Below, piece after piece: positions 30,070 to 39,836 of a stretch of 64,000 bases of DNA. The position numbers and the translations under genes are program-made. Source of the stretch: an uncultured Rhizobiaceae group bacterium (GTDB taxonomy: Bacteria; Pseudomonadota; Alphaproteobacteria; Rhizobiales; Rhizobiaceae); NCBI GenBank assembly GCA_937930845.1, contig CALHBJ010000008.1:121132-185131 (forward strand), read 5' to 3'. Under the pieces are notes generated by a model. That model ran no database searches and was not told the origin of the DNA. It was given only the letters and a program-made list of their open reading frames with translations. How positions within the stretch are numbered: the first letter of the stretch is position 1; each line of letters opens with the position of its first letter.

Positions 30070-31647
30070 TTACTTCTTCTCTGACTGATCCAAAGCCTGA
30101 GCCAGCCGGTTCTCTTCGTTGTAGTAACGTGCGCGCTCCCACATTTTGGGTCGGCCCACGCCACATGAATTATGTTCACCGATGATTTTGCCATCGGCGT
30201 CTTCGCCCGTAATATTGTACAGGAAAATGTCTTGCGTAATGATTACGTCCCCTTCCATGCCAATCACCTCAGTTACATGGGTGATACGGCGGGAACCGTC
30301 GCGCAGTCGTTTCGCCTGAATGATAATGTCGATGGAGCCTGTGATGATCTCGCGCACGGTTTTCTGCGGCAATGTGAAACCGCCCATGGCGATCATGGAT
30401 TCCATACGGGAAAGACATTCACGCGGTGAGTTGGCGTGGATCGTACCCATGGAGCCATCGTGGCCGGTATTCATCGCCTGCAAAAGGTCGAACACTTCCG
30501 AGCCACGAACCTCACCCACGATGATGCGCTCAGGACGCATACGCAGGCAGTTCTTGACCAGATCCGTCATTGTGATCTGGCCTTCGCCTTCCAGATTTGG
30601 CGGACGGGTTTCCAACCGCACAACGTGGGGCTGCTGCAATTGCAATTCAGCGGAGTCTTCGCAGGTGATGACGCGCTCATCTTCGTCGATGTAGTTTGTC
30701 ATGCAGTTGAGCAACGTTGTCTTGCCCGAACCGGTGCCGCCGGAAATAACGATGTTACAACGCACCCGACCGATGATTTTCAGGATTTCTGCACCATCAG
30801 GCGAGATTGCGCCAAAGTTGACCAACTGGTCCAGGGTAAGCTTGTCTTTCTTAAACTTACGAATGGTGAGCGTGGGCCCATCCAACGCCAGAGGAGGCGC
30901 GATAACGTTCACACGCGAACCGTCGGCAAGACGGGCATCACATATGGGAGACGATTCATCGACGCGGCGGCCAACCTGGCTCACAATGCGCTGACAAATA
31001 TTCATCAGCTGCTCATTGTCACGGAAACGCACATTGGTGTTTTGGGTTTTCCCGTCTACTTCGATATAGGTTTTGTGGGCACCATTGACCATGATGTCGG
31101 CAATGTCATCGCGTTCCAGCAAAGGCTCCAGTGGGCCGTAGCCCAGAACGTCATTGCAGATATCGGCCAGCAGTTCTTCCTGCTCGGAGATCGACATGAC
31201 GATCGATTTGATGGCGATGATATCATTGACGATATCACGAATTTCTTCGCGCGCGCCGTCATTGTCGAGCTTTGACAGTTGCGACAGATCAATCGTGTCG
31301 ATCAACGCCGAAAACACCTGGGTCTTCACATCATAATATTCTTCTGACTTGATGCGAATTTCCTGGGGCGCTGCTATTGGCTCTACCATTGACGGTGCAG
31401 CCGTCTTGATTTTCTTTGGTGGCAGTGGCGCAGCCGCAGGGGCCGGCTGAGGCGGTTCCTGAACAATTTCTGCCGACATCGCAGGCTGGGTGCCCGGATC
31501 AAGAGGTGCTGCAGCCGGAATTGCCTGTTCGGCGCTCGGCTGAGGCGGCGGCGGCGGTGCAGCTGCCTGGGGCTGAGCCTCCGGGGGCATTGCCAATGGC
31601 TTCTTTATTCCACCGCCAGTGCCGGTGCCTCCGCGCTTACCAAACAT
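30070..31647 (-). CDS. cpaF: Pilus assembly ATPase CpaF/TadA, with Pro/Ala-rich N-terminal extension
   Basis: [37 protein letters not shown]. Confidence 0.96.
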   Translation of the reverse strand: MFGKRGGTGTGGGIKKPLAMPPEAQPQAAAPPPPPQPSAEQAIPAAAPLDPGTQPAMSAEIVQEPPQPAPAAAPLPPKKIKTAAPSMVEPIAAPQEIRIKSEEYYDVKTQVFSALIDTIDLSQLSKLDNDGAREEIRDIVNDIIAIKSIVMSISEQEELLADICNDVLGYGPLEPLLERDDIADIMVNGAHKTYIEVDGKTQNTNVRFRDNEQLMNICQRIVSQVGRRVDESSPICDARLADGSRVNVIAPPLALDGPTLTIRKFKKDKLTLDQLVNFGAISPDGAEILKIIGRVRCNIVISGGTGSGKTTLLNCMTNYIDEDERVITCEDSAELQLQQPHVVRLETRPPNLEGEGQITMTDLVKNCLRMRPERIIVGEVRGSEVFDLLQAMNTGHDGSMGTIHANSPRECLSRMESMIAMGGFTLPQKTVREIITGSIDIIIQAKRLRDGSRRITHVTEVIGMEGDVIITQDIFLYNITGEDADGKIIGEHNSCGVGRPKMWERARYYNEENRLAQALDQSEKK

Positions 31648-31695
31648 TGTTGTCCTGCTCCTGAAATTTCTATCCCGGCCTGATTAAGCCGTCAC

Positions 31696-33084
31696 TTATT
31701 TGTTCTTTTTCAATGCAAACCGCGACAGGAGTGCGCCCATGCCTCCGGCTGGTGCCGCGAGAACCTCGCGACGCCCCGTTACCGTTTGGGCCAGCGTATC
31801 GATTGCCGCTGCGGCCTCACTTTTGGGGTCGGTCTCAGACAACATTTGTCCATTATTCGAAGCAAGGCCGAACAGGGCCGGTTCAAACGGAATGATGATC
31901 GTTGGATCGACACCCAGCGGACCGGTGAAATCGGCGACCGAAATTTCTGGTCGTTTTGGCACATTGCACTGATTTAGCACCAGGTATGGCTTTTCATCAT
32001 TTGGCCGCAACTCGGCCATCATGTCGAACAGGTTCTTGGTGTTGCGCAAGCTTGCCAGATCTGGCGTCGCGGTGATGATGACCTTGTCTGAACGAGAGAG
32101 CACCTGCCGCACCCAACCGGTCCACATATGGGGCAAGTCGACAATGACATTGGGTGTTCCCCGTTGCGCGACTTCCAACAACGGCATGAAATCATCTTCG
32201 GCAAAATCATATTCGCGATCCAGCGTTGATGGTGCGGCCAACAGGCTGAGGTGATCAGAACATTTAGCAAGCAGGCGATCGAGATAGGTGTCGTCGATGC
32301 GGTCGGCTGAGAACACAGCTTCCGCCACACCCTGGGCCGGATCCTGATCGAAGTCGATATTGGCTGTACCAAATGCGAGGTCGAAATCTGCAAGCACCAC
32401 ATCGGATTCAAAATTGCTGGAAATGGCCCAGGCAACATTGTGGGCAATAGTGGACGAACCCACACCGCCCTTGGCGCCAACAAATGAAAGCGTTTGACCC
32501 AAGGGGGCCAATTCGGGATTTACGAACAGCGCACCGACAATATCCATGATGTCGCCCATGCTGACCGGCGCCACGAGGTATTCGGCAACACCGCGCGACA
32601 GCAAATCGCGGTATAGTTGAACATCGTTTACATGTCCGACCACCACAACATTTGTGCCTTCGTCACAGACATCAGCCAGTTTTTCCAATTCGCCAATCAG
32701 TTCCATTCCCGTCTTGCGGGATTCGATGATGATCAGGTTGGGCGTGGTTGCAGTCTGGTAGAATTCCACAGCGGCTGTGATGCCGCCCAGCTGAACTTTC
32801 ACATGCGCCTTGGCCATGCGGCGGTCGCGCGATGCACCATCCACGGACCCGGCCACGGCATCTGTTTCACAAAATGCCTGAATAGCCACACGTGGCACCG
32901 GGCGCACGTGGCTAAGATCTTCTGGTGGTGGCGCAACAATCTGCGGTTCGACAGGGGCAGAAGCTGCCGCCTGAGCCATGGCAGGATCGGCATATGCCTG
33001 TTCCTGCGGTGCTTCATAAACCACCTGTTCCGCCGTGGCGGGATCGATTGGTTGTTGCATTTGGTCGTGTGCCGGATCTGACAT
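31696..33084 (-). CDS. cpaE: CpaE/TadZ (receiver-like + MinD/ParA-like)
   Basis: RPVPRVAIQAFCE, deviant Walker A GAKGGVGSST, DLPHMW. Confidence 0.92.
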   Translation of the reverse strand: MSDPAHDQMQQPIDPATAEQVVYEAPQEQAYADPAMAQAAASAPVEPQIVAPPPEDLSHVRPVPRVAIQAFCETDAVAGSVDGASRDRRMAKAHVKVQLGGITAAVEFYQTATTPNLIIIESRKTGMELIGELEKLADVCDEGTNVVVVGHVNDVQLYRDLLSRGVAEYLVAPVSMGDIMDIVGALFVNPELAPLGQTLSFVGAKGGVGSSTIAHNVAWAISSNFESDVVLADFDLAFGTANIDFDQDPAQGVAEAVFSADRIDDTYLDRLLAKCSDHLSLLAAPSTLDREYDFAEDDFMPLLEVAQRGTPNVIVDLPHMWTGWVRQVLSRSDKVIITATPDLASLRNTKNLFDMMAELRPNDEKPYLVLNQCNVPKRPEISVADFTGPLGVDPTIIIPFEPALFGLASNNGQMLSETDPKSEAAAAIDTLAQTVTGRREVLAAPAGGMGALLSRFALKKNK

Positions 33085-33126
33085 CTTTGATTCAACCCTT
33101 GAGGATTTCTGTTCTTGTTAGGTGCA

Positions 33127-33867
33127 TCAGCGCGTGTACACAGTGTCAGGCGGGCCCTGGAGCACGCTGCCATTTGAACGCCAGTCTTCAATACCAACAC
33201 CACGGCGCGCCGCGTCGATTTCGGACATGCCGCGCGGCCCCAGCAGGTCAGCAGGATTGGCAATCATTGTTGCCAGATTGCTTTGGGATGCACAGCCGAA
33301 ATTGTTGTAATTCTTGTTGCCTTCCTGGCTGCTTGCCAGGTCATCGGTCCATTGACCGCATTTCTCCACGCTGGCCTTGATCGCATTGTAGGACAGGCGA
33401 ACAGGTGCAGTCGCACCATGCTGGCTGGCATCATATGTCACCATGCGGATGCGATGGTGGGGAACGCCTGACTTGCCCAGGACGGATGCAATCTTGTCGC
33501 CCATCTTTCGTGCTGCTCGCGCATTGGCGGAACCAGATGGCATCATAATAGTCACCGCCCCACTTGCAGATCGCCTGTAATTATAAGCCAGACCTTCGAC
33601 CGCGCTAACCGATGCCAGTGGCAAGGCATAGGAGTCGCTGGCAACTGGTATGTCCAGTGTCTGCTCTTGCTCATCTATAATAATCGGGTGCTTCGTCTTA
33701 TAGGTCGACGGCACCGAACCAACGGTGAAATGACTTTTCGAATGTCCCGCGCAACCGGCAAGCGCCAGGGTTCCTGCAATCAGGATACTGGTCGCCACTC
33801 GTGTGGGCAGTCGGCTGCCATGCAGACGGGGCGCCATTGGGGACTTTAGATTTGCTGGCCTACTCAT
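33127..33867 (-). CDS. cpaD: Pilus assembly lipoprotein CpaD/RcpB
   Basis: Lipobox LAGC, KHPIII, NFGCASQSNLA.MIANPADL. Confidence 0.9.
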   Translation of the reverse strand: MSRPANLKSPMAPRLHGSRLPTRVATSILIAGTLALAGCAGHSKSHFTVGSVPSTYKTKHPIIIDEQEQTLDIPVASDSYALPLASVSAVEGLAYNYRRSASGAVTIMMPSGSANARAARKMGDKIASVLGKSGVPHHRIRMVTYDASQHGATAPVRLSYNAIKASVEKCGQWTDDLASSQEGNKNYNNFGCASQSNLATMIANPADLLGPRGMSEIDAARRGVGIEDWRSNGSVLQGPPDTVYTR

Positions 33868-33897
33868 TGCTGATTCCTTACTCGTCACAGCGACGCA

Positions 33898-35439
33898 TTA
33901 CTTGAGAATGAACCCGATTGAGCCGGTGTAACGGCCTTTGGGAAGGTTGCCTTGTTTGGTGCCGTAAACCCGGTTTACGCGCCCCATGAAATACCCGGCG
34001 CCATCGGCGGCTGGCATGAAATTATCATCTGGTTGGGCGATCTTCGTGCGCGCAACGGGGCGCACCAGATAAGGTGTGACGACGATCACCACTTCGGATT
34101 CGTTGCGAATGAATTCGCGGCTGCGGAAAAGGCTGCCAAGAACAGGGATGTTCTTGATGCCGGGAATACCCGACACAACCTGACGCACGTCGTCCTGAAT
34201 AAGACCGGCGATGACCATGGAGCCACCGGACGGCAGTTCCACTGTTGTTGATGCTTGTCTGTGGCGGATGCCATTCAAGTTGCCTCTATTTGTGATGAGG
34301 CTGGCCCCCTGTGCGGTCGGCTCTTTGACTTCCGTTTCAATTTTCAGGCTGATGCGACCTTCGGTCAAAACAACCGGCTTGAAGTTCAATGAAATGCCAT
34401 ATTCCAGCGTCTCATATCGAACATCCACGCCACCATTGTCGTTGTTTTCGATTTGAGCGGGTTGTTGCAGACGACCGCCCACGTTGAAATTGGCTTCTTC
34501 ACCGGAAATCGCTGTCAGGCTTGGTTCCGCCAGGGTGCGCATGACACCCACACTTTCTAGAGCTTTCAACTGCGACTGGATGGTATTGAGACCATGGGTT
34601 ACGCCGAGGCTGCCACCGGTATTGGCAGTGAGAAGCTGCTGGGGAATACCGCCAAGCGCAGTTGAGAAGCCAAATCCATCATCAGTTGGGTTGCTCGATA
34701 TCGTATTGATACCCAGCTGTTTGATAACGGTGCGCTGAATTTCTGCGATCGTGACCTTCAGGTGGACCTGATCTTCGCCGTCAATCTTGAGAAGGTTGAC
34801 GATCTGGCTTTCAGGCTCATCACCAAAAATCGCGGCCAGGCCGGAACTGCTGTTATTGTTGGTCTGCTCGCCGCCTTTAATGAATATCTGGGCGAGCGAA
34901 ATTGCCTTCGCCGCCGCCTGGGGCGTTTGTACACGGCCTGTGAGCACGATGTTATCGTTGATCATTTCCGCGCGCACATCCGAATTGGGAACCAGCCGTG
35001 TGATGGTTTCCTCAAGGCCCGCGATATCGCGTTCAATGAGAATTTCCATGGATGCGATCTGATTGCCGGAACCATCAAAGACGAAAACATTGGTCTGACC
35101 GATTTCCTTGCCAAACAGATAAATACGCCGCGAAGTACGGGTAATTGCATCTGCCACCGTGGGGTTGGCAACCAATACGTCATGGGCATCGGCTGGCAAA
35201 TCGACCACCAGCGACTTGTCCAGACCCAGACGAATAATTTTGGGGATCGAAGCATTTTCCGCCGTGATCACAATATGATTGGGATTGCCCTGGCTTTGCG
35301 CTGAAACCGAGCTGACTGCGATTGGCTGAACAGCCGTGGCCATCGCCAGGGCAGAAATGCTGGCCCAACCGGTGGCGCGCACCGCGCAACGTTTGATGAA
35401 AGGCGCAACGCCGGTAAGTTTGGTGTGCTCTTTTTTCAT
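33898..35439 (-). CDS. cpaC: Secretin CpaC/RcpA
   Basis: LDKSLVVDLP, EPSLTAISGEEA, VELPSGGSMVIAGL, PVLGSLFRS. Confidence 0.95.
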   Translation of the reverse strand: MKKEHTKLTGVAPFIKRCAVRATGWASISALAMATAVQPIAVSSVSAQSQGNPNHIVITAENASIPKIIRLGLDKSLVVDLPADAHDVLVANPTVADAITRTSRRIYLFGKEIGQTNVFVFDGSGNQIASMEILIERDIAGLEETITRLVPNSDVRAEMINDNIVLTGRVQTPQAAAKAISLAQIFIKGGEQTNNNSSSGLAAIFGDEPESQIVNLLKIDGEDQVHLKVTIAEIQRTVIKQLGINTISSNPTDDGFGFSTALGGIPQQLLTANTGGSLGVTHGLNTIQSQLKALESVGVMRTLAEPSLTAISGEEANFNVGGRLQQPAQIENNDNGGVDVRYETLEYGISLNFKPVVLTEGRISLKIETEVKEPTAQGASLITNRGNLNGIRHRQASTTVELPSGGSMVIAGLIQDDVRQVVSGIPGIKNIPVLGSLFRSREFIRNESEVVIVVTPYLVRPVARTKIAQPDDNFMPAADGAGYFMGRVNRVYGTKQGNLPKGRYTGSIGFILK

Positions 35440-35502
35440 GATGTTCGCTTACTCGATCTCAAACTGACAACTTGATGGGTGATTGAGGGTTTCTCAGCCC
35501 AA

Positions 35503-36291
35503 TTAATTATTTGCTTTCACTTCGCTGGCCTTGCCAAAGCGGATCAGGCGCACTTTGCCCCGCCGCTTGTTCTTGGGTCCGGCCTTATGGCTTTCGGCAT
35601 CTTCAACGCTGCGCAGGGCAAGTCGCAAAGTGCCGCGGGCACCAGCTTCAGAAAGCGATTCCACTTGTTCTGAACTCAGCTCCAATGTGGCTGTGTCGCC
35701 GACTTTGGCTTTCTCACCGTCCTGCTCTTCGATTACCTGGTCGATGGCCAGAACGCGGACATTTTCTACAACTGTGTCTGTGACCATGATTTCGTCTGCG
35801 CCATCTCTGCCGCGATAGGTTAGGACAACATCGACATGGTCATTCGGCAAAATAAAGCCGCCTGCGGAAGTGTCGGCCTGCACCCGGATGGCGAAGGCGC
35901 GTTTGCCAGCGGGCAAAATCGCAGACAGGTAGCCACTGTCTGAACGAACAATTTTTTGCTCGCGAATAGGTTCACCTGCAAAAAAGGCGGAACGGGCGAT
36001 GGCGGAGGCATATTCTTCCATGGCCTCAGGCTTGCTATCCTGGACAATGAAGCTCTCGCGCAGATTATCCGTTGGCCAGTCCTGCCAGGTAATGCGTTCG
36101 GCGCCCAGGGCCGTGCCCATGGGGATATCCTGCCCAGCGATCAGAACTTTGCTCATCTGAACCTGGGGGGCAGGTGCCGATTGCTGAACAATTGTCGGCG
36201 CCGGGCCGCTGTTCAGATTCATCATCAGGAACCCGGCACCAAGTGCGGCGACGAGGGCAACCCCAATAAGGATCAACTGAATTGGCTTCAT
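35503..36291 (-). CDS. cpaB: CpaB/RcpC (SAF domain)
   Basis: DIPMG, GKRAFAI, GFILPNDHVDV, VRVLAIDQ, TATLEL, LRLALR; ATG 36291 chosen from GGAG spacing. Confidence 0.92.
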   Translation of the reverse strand: MKPIQLILIGVALVAALGAGFLMMNLNSGPAPTIVQQSAPAPQVQMSKVLIAGQDIPMGTALGAERITWQDWPTDNLRESFIVQDSKPEAMEEYASAIARSAFFAGEPIREQKIVRSDSGYLSAILPAGKRAFAIRVQADTSAGGFILPNDHVDVVLTYRGRDGADEIMVTDTVVENVRVLAIDQVIEEQDGEKAKVGDTATLELSSEQVESLSEAGARGTLRLALRSVEDAESHKAGPKNKRRGKVRLIRFGKASEVKANN

Positions 36292-36585
36292 AATTTCTAA
36301 CTCCGGCACTGCGTAACGCATGAACTCCAAAACAGTTTTGCCGGTTATTGGTGTACTTATAGTTAATGGAGCGCTGACAAACGTGGTTAATGAAGACTTG
36401 TCGGCCGAAAGGCGCGGAATTGCTGCCCCCTAAAGCGCTGCAACCTTTGCAACATTCGACTCTGGCTTGGGCGATTGGTTGCAGGTTTGGGGTGGAGTGG
36501 TGCCCGGACAATTTTGGCGCGGGGCTGCCAGGCTTTACGATTCAGCCGGTACTTTTTTACAATTGGAACGCAACGCACTCTTACG

Positions 36586-36622
36586 CAAAAGCAAAACAGG
36601 CCCCGCCATGATGACGGAGCCC
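36586..36622 (-). terminator. Intrinsic terminator after cpaA
   Basis: Minus strand GGGCTCCGTCA-TCA-TGGCGGGGCCT (11 bp including G-U pairs) followed by GTTTTGCTTTT. Confidence 0.65.
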
Positions 36623-36673
36623 GTGCAAAATATTATATATTTCGATCAGCCGTATTATTTGCCCGTGGGCGGT

Positions 36674-37201
36674 TTAGCCAAAAGAAGTGCCTTTGATGAT
36701 GAAATCCATCCACGGCGTTGCGGAAAAGACATACACTGCTGCCGGTCCAAGTGCAGCGCCATAAGGAACGCCTTCCTTGCGGTCGTGCAGGCGGGAGATC
36801 CAGGGAATCCTGGCAAGGTTTTCAGGCAAGGCAAAGCGGCGACCGAAAATGACGGCGACCGTCAAAACACCACCCAGCAAAGTCGCGATCGCAAGGTAAG
36901 GCACTGTAAATGCCGTGCCGAACCAAAGCGCCGATGCGGCGATCAGCTTTGCATCACCACCACCCATAACGCCCAGGCTGAAGAGGGCAAAGCCAACAAC
37001 CAGTGCAATGAAAGCGATGCCCACATGCCAGGCTGCTGTTTCAAGGGTCATTCCCACCAAGGGGGCAAAAATCGCAAATCCAATCACAAGTGCCAGCGTG
37101 ATCCGGTTTGGGATCGTCATCGTGAACAAATCATAGAATGTGGCGAAGATCATGCAGAGCGGAAACATCGCGAGGATGGCGATTGCCGTAAATTCGATCA
37201 T
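36674..37201 (-). CDS. cpaA: A24 prepilin peptidase CpaA/TadV
   Basis: FYDL..MTIPNR, MGGGDAKL (two catalytic Asp), GVPYG. Confidence 0.93.
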   Translation of the reverse strand: MIEFTAIAILAMFPLCMIFATFYDLFTMTIPNRITLALVIGFAIFAPLVGMTLETAAWHVGIAFIALVVGFALFSLGVMGGGDAKLIAASALWFGTAFTVPYLAIATLLGGVLTVAVIFGRRFALPENLARIPWISRLHDRKEGVPYGAALGPAAVYVFSATPWMDFIIKGTSFG

Positions 37202-37262
37202 TTTGTGCGGCCCTAATCTATAAATAAATCTCTCTCGTATGGGGCAACCTAACCATTTCAGG

Positions 37263-37277
37263 CTAAGCAACCGTTAA
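37263..37277. promoter_or_regulatory. CtrA-like site upstream of cpaA
   Basis: CTAA-N7-TTAA. Confidence 0.55.
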
Positions 37278-37312
37278 ATCACGGCAGGTCAAAACCAGTT
37301 TTGGGCCGCTCC

Positions 37313-37346
37313 AAAAGGAAAAGGCCGCCCTGCAAGCAGGACGGCC
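37313..37346 (-). terminator. Intrinsic terminator after the pilin gene
   Basis: Minus strand GGCCGTCCTGC-TT-GCAGGGCGGCC followed by TTTTCCTTTT. Confidence 0.75.
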
Positions 37347-37372
37347 CTCCATTTCAAGCGATTGCTTGTGGC

Positions 37373-37549
37373 TTAGGAGCCAACAGCACCGCTCAGGTCG
37401 CCTTCGATGCCTTCGAAGAGAGCTTTCAAGCTCGAACCAGCGTTGGTGAATGCAGTCACACCAACAACGGAGATCAGAGCAGCCAGAAGGCCGTATTCGA
37501 TTGCAGTTGCGCCTGATTCGTCAGCGAAAAAACGTTTGATATTAGTCAT
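37373..37549 (-). CDS. pilA: Flp/type IVc major pilin
   Basis: RFFADESG/ATAIEYGLLAALI: cleavage Gly, Glu+5, Tyr+6; 58 aa. Confidence 0.96.
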   Translation of the reverse strand: MTNIKRFFADESGATAIEYGLLAALISVVGVTAFTNAGSSLKALFEGIEGDLSGAVGS

Positions 37550-37633
37550 GAGTATAGTCCTTACTCCACGTGTTACAGCAAATCCGCCGGATTGTTTCTC
37601 CCGATCGGATGAGTGCAATCTACGCATGGCGGT

Positions 37634-37648
37634 TTAGCATCGACTTAA
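37634..37648. promoter_or_regulatory. CtrA-like site upstream of the pilin gene
   Basis: TTAG-N7-TTAA; adjacent palindrome TTACCA-AA-TGGTAA at 37658-37671. Confidence 0.6.
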
Positions 37649-37844
37649 GAAACAGCCTTACCAAATGGTAACGATGGCTCTGTGCTGATTACGGTCAACA
37701 AAGACTGAATGGGTTGTGTTGGATTGTCCTTATTTGCGCCGCCGGACACCGGCAGGAAGGGATGCGAAATTTCCCCCTATATAGAAGTGTCTTTGCGGCG
37801 GCGATTTTCAACTCTTTTGCGCCGATCTCGCGACAATTGGAAAC

Positions 37845-37859
37845 TTAAGGCTTATTTCA
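37845..37859. promoter_or_regulatory. CtrA-like site upstream of the divergent pilus gene
   Basis: TTAA-N7-TTCA. Confidence 0.5.
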
Positions 37860-37907
37860 CCATTTTTTCCGACATTGGAAAAAGTTTATCAGTACGGGTG
37901 AAGTAGT

Positions 37908-38423
37908 ATGGCGTTCCCTGTTTTTGGCTCATCAATTGGCCAGTTCAGCAAATATTGTGCAATCGCAGCGGTTTTGTCCGTTGCCCATTTGGCTCCATCC
38001 GGTGCCTTAGCCAGCGACCCTGGCAGTGTATTAGGCGAATCCACATCGCTTAAGATCACCATCGACCGTGCAAAGGTGGTGCGTATTGCCAAGACCGCCG
38101 ACACGGTCATCGTCGGCAATCCATCAATTGTTGATGCAACGATCCAGGACGGGCGTACAATTATTTTGACCGGTCGCAGCTTCGGGGTCACGAACCTGAT
38201 TGTCCTGGATGTAAATGGCAGCCCCATTGTAGATGAAACCATCACCGTGCAAGGCCATGAGGTGAACACTGTGCGGATTTATCGCCGCGCCGTTCGTGAA
38301 ACGATGGCTTGTGATCCGGTGTGCGAACCAACCCTGACGATTGGTGATGATGGAAAACTGTTCAATAATGCCATTGGCCAGATCAATTCGCGCAACGCGC
38401 TGTCAAAAGACGCGACACAGTAA
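37908..38423 (+). CDS. Pilus assembly protein (secretin N-terminal-like domain, T2SS-T3SS_pil_N)
   Basis: Signal-like N-terminus; IDRAKVVRI..VIVGNPSIVDA..TGRSFGVTNLIVLD; C-terminal C-x3-C; start uncertain. Confidence 0.8.
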   Translation: MAFPVFGSSIGQFSKYCAIAAVLSVAHLAPSGALASDPGSVLGESTSLKITIDRAKVVRIAKTADTVIVGNPSIVDATIQDGRTIILTGRSFGVTNLIVLDVNGSPIVDETITVQGHEVNTVRIYRRAVRETMACDPVCEPTLTIGDDGKLFNNAIGQINSRNALSKDATQ

Positions 38424-38569
38424 TGGCATCCGGCCCTTTTGCGAGGGCCGATCAGCCTTAACAAACCGTTTCGTGTAAGGCCAAATTTAAGGCTATCTCC
38501 ACACTGCTTTTCAACTCTTTGCCCGTAGCATGGTCTGGACAAAGACTCACTTTGCAGGGCTGAGATAGT

Positions 38570-39130
38570 ATGAAAAACACGAACCCAAGCTTCGCCGGCC
38601 CGACGCGCCGGCAACGTCGGCGACTGATTAGTCTAAGGCGTTTTAACAAGAATGACGAAGGTGCCGCCGCGATTGAATTCGCGATTGTGGCTCCCGTGTT
38701 CTTCATGATGCTTTTTGGCATTCTCGAAACCGCCTGGATGTACACGACCAACCGCATTCTTAGTGTGGCAGTTGACCAGGTGGCTCGACAGATCAAAACC
38801 GGACAGATCCGCGGAAACATATCGGCGGCCGATTTTCAAAACAGCCTGTGTAACGCAGGCAGCATGCGCATCCTTGATTGCGGCAGGCTGGTTGTTGATG
38901 TCCAAAACATGACGGATTTTGCCCCGCGCGGAAATGATTTCGACTCGGAAGGCAATCTGAACACAACCAATTTTGGTTTTCAGCCGGGCGGCCGCCAGAC
39001 GATCAACGTGGTGCGCGCCTATTACATGTACGACCCGTTCATCAACTGGACGGCATTTGGCGTGGACGCCTGGATCGACGGAAAATCGGCCCTTGGCGCA
39101 ACTGCCGCATTCAGGACGGAGCCATTCTAA
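38570..39130 (+). CDS. tadE: TadE/TadG-type minor pilin (pseudopilin)
   Basis: DEG/AAAIEFAIVAP class III signal; C-terminal AFRTEPF. Confidence 0.88.
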   Translation: MKNTNPSFAGPTRRQRRRLISLRRFNKNDEGAAAIEFAIVAPVFFMMLFGILETAWMYTTNRILSVAVDQVARQIKTGQIRGNISAADFQNSLCNAGSMRILDCGRLVVDVQNMTDFAPRGNDFDSEGNLNTTNFGFQPGGRQTINVVRAYYMYDPFINWTAFGVDAWIDGKSALGATAAFRTEPF

Positions 39131-39786
39131 TGACTTGGAAAAACCTTTCTCTCTTTAGGCCCCGATTCACGAAATCGGACAAACTGGGCAAGCGCCTGAA
39201 CACATTTAGCCGCGACGAACGCGGGACAAGCGCCATCGAATTTGTCTTGGTATTCCCGTTGTTCATGGTGGCTTATTTCGGCATGGTGTCTGTACTGGAC
39301 ACAGAAAACATGACGACCGAGGGCGGCAAAGTGTCGAGCACGATTGCAGACATCATCGCCCAATCTTCGTCTGTCACCAGTCAAGTCATAGACAATACGT
39401 TGAACGCCGGTGTGGCGATTGCCGGAGCACGCGCGCAAAACATGCAAATGTATGTGGCTGGTGTGGAGGTGAGAAACACAAATTCAAATCCACGCGGGCG
39501 GCCCAACTACAAGGCTTATGTCGTATGGGCCCGTGGCCGGAACAACTCATCACTGAGAGTGCCGGCGAAACACTCAGAATATCCGCTTAACAGTTCGCTG
39601 ATGACGAGCGAGGGATTCCTGGTGGTTTCCAAGGTGCGCATGGTGCACAAGCCGCTTTATCAAAGCAGCGGCAGCTACAGCCACTGGTTGGGGTCGGCGC
39701 GGATCGATTCCGGTGAGAATGTCTATGACTATGAAAGCTCATATGTCCCACGCGAAGACCTGGTGACGGGTTGTAGCGACTGCTAA
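39130..39786 (+). CDS. TadE/TadF-type minor pilin (pseudopilin)
   Basis: DERG/TSAIEFVLVFP; STIADIIAQ; C-terminal CSDC; TAATG overlap. Confidence 0.85.
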   Translation: MTWKNLSLFRPRFTKSDKLGKRLNTFSRDERGTSAIEFVLVFPLFMVAYFGMVSVLDTENMTTEGGKVSSTIADIIAQSSSVTSQVIDNTLNAGVAIAGARAQNMQMYVAGVEVRNTNSNPRGRPNYKAYVVWARGRNNSSLRVPAKHSEYPLNSSLMTSEGFLVVSKVRMVHKPLYQSSGSYSHWLGSARIDSGENVYDYESSYVPREDLVTGCSDC

Positions 39787-39836
39787 GCGGTTACTGAGAT
39801 TTCGAAAAGAAGCTTCGCCCTGAATGCCAACCGCAT

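Noticed and set aside
36331-36673. c-di-GMP riboswitch or small ORFs in the cpaA-cpaB spacer
   Set aside because: The GAAA-containing stretch lacks the conserved GEMM elements; the ORFs have no SD or motifs.
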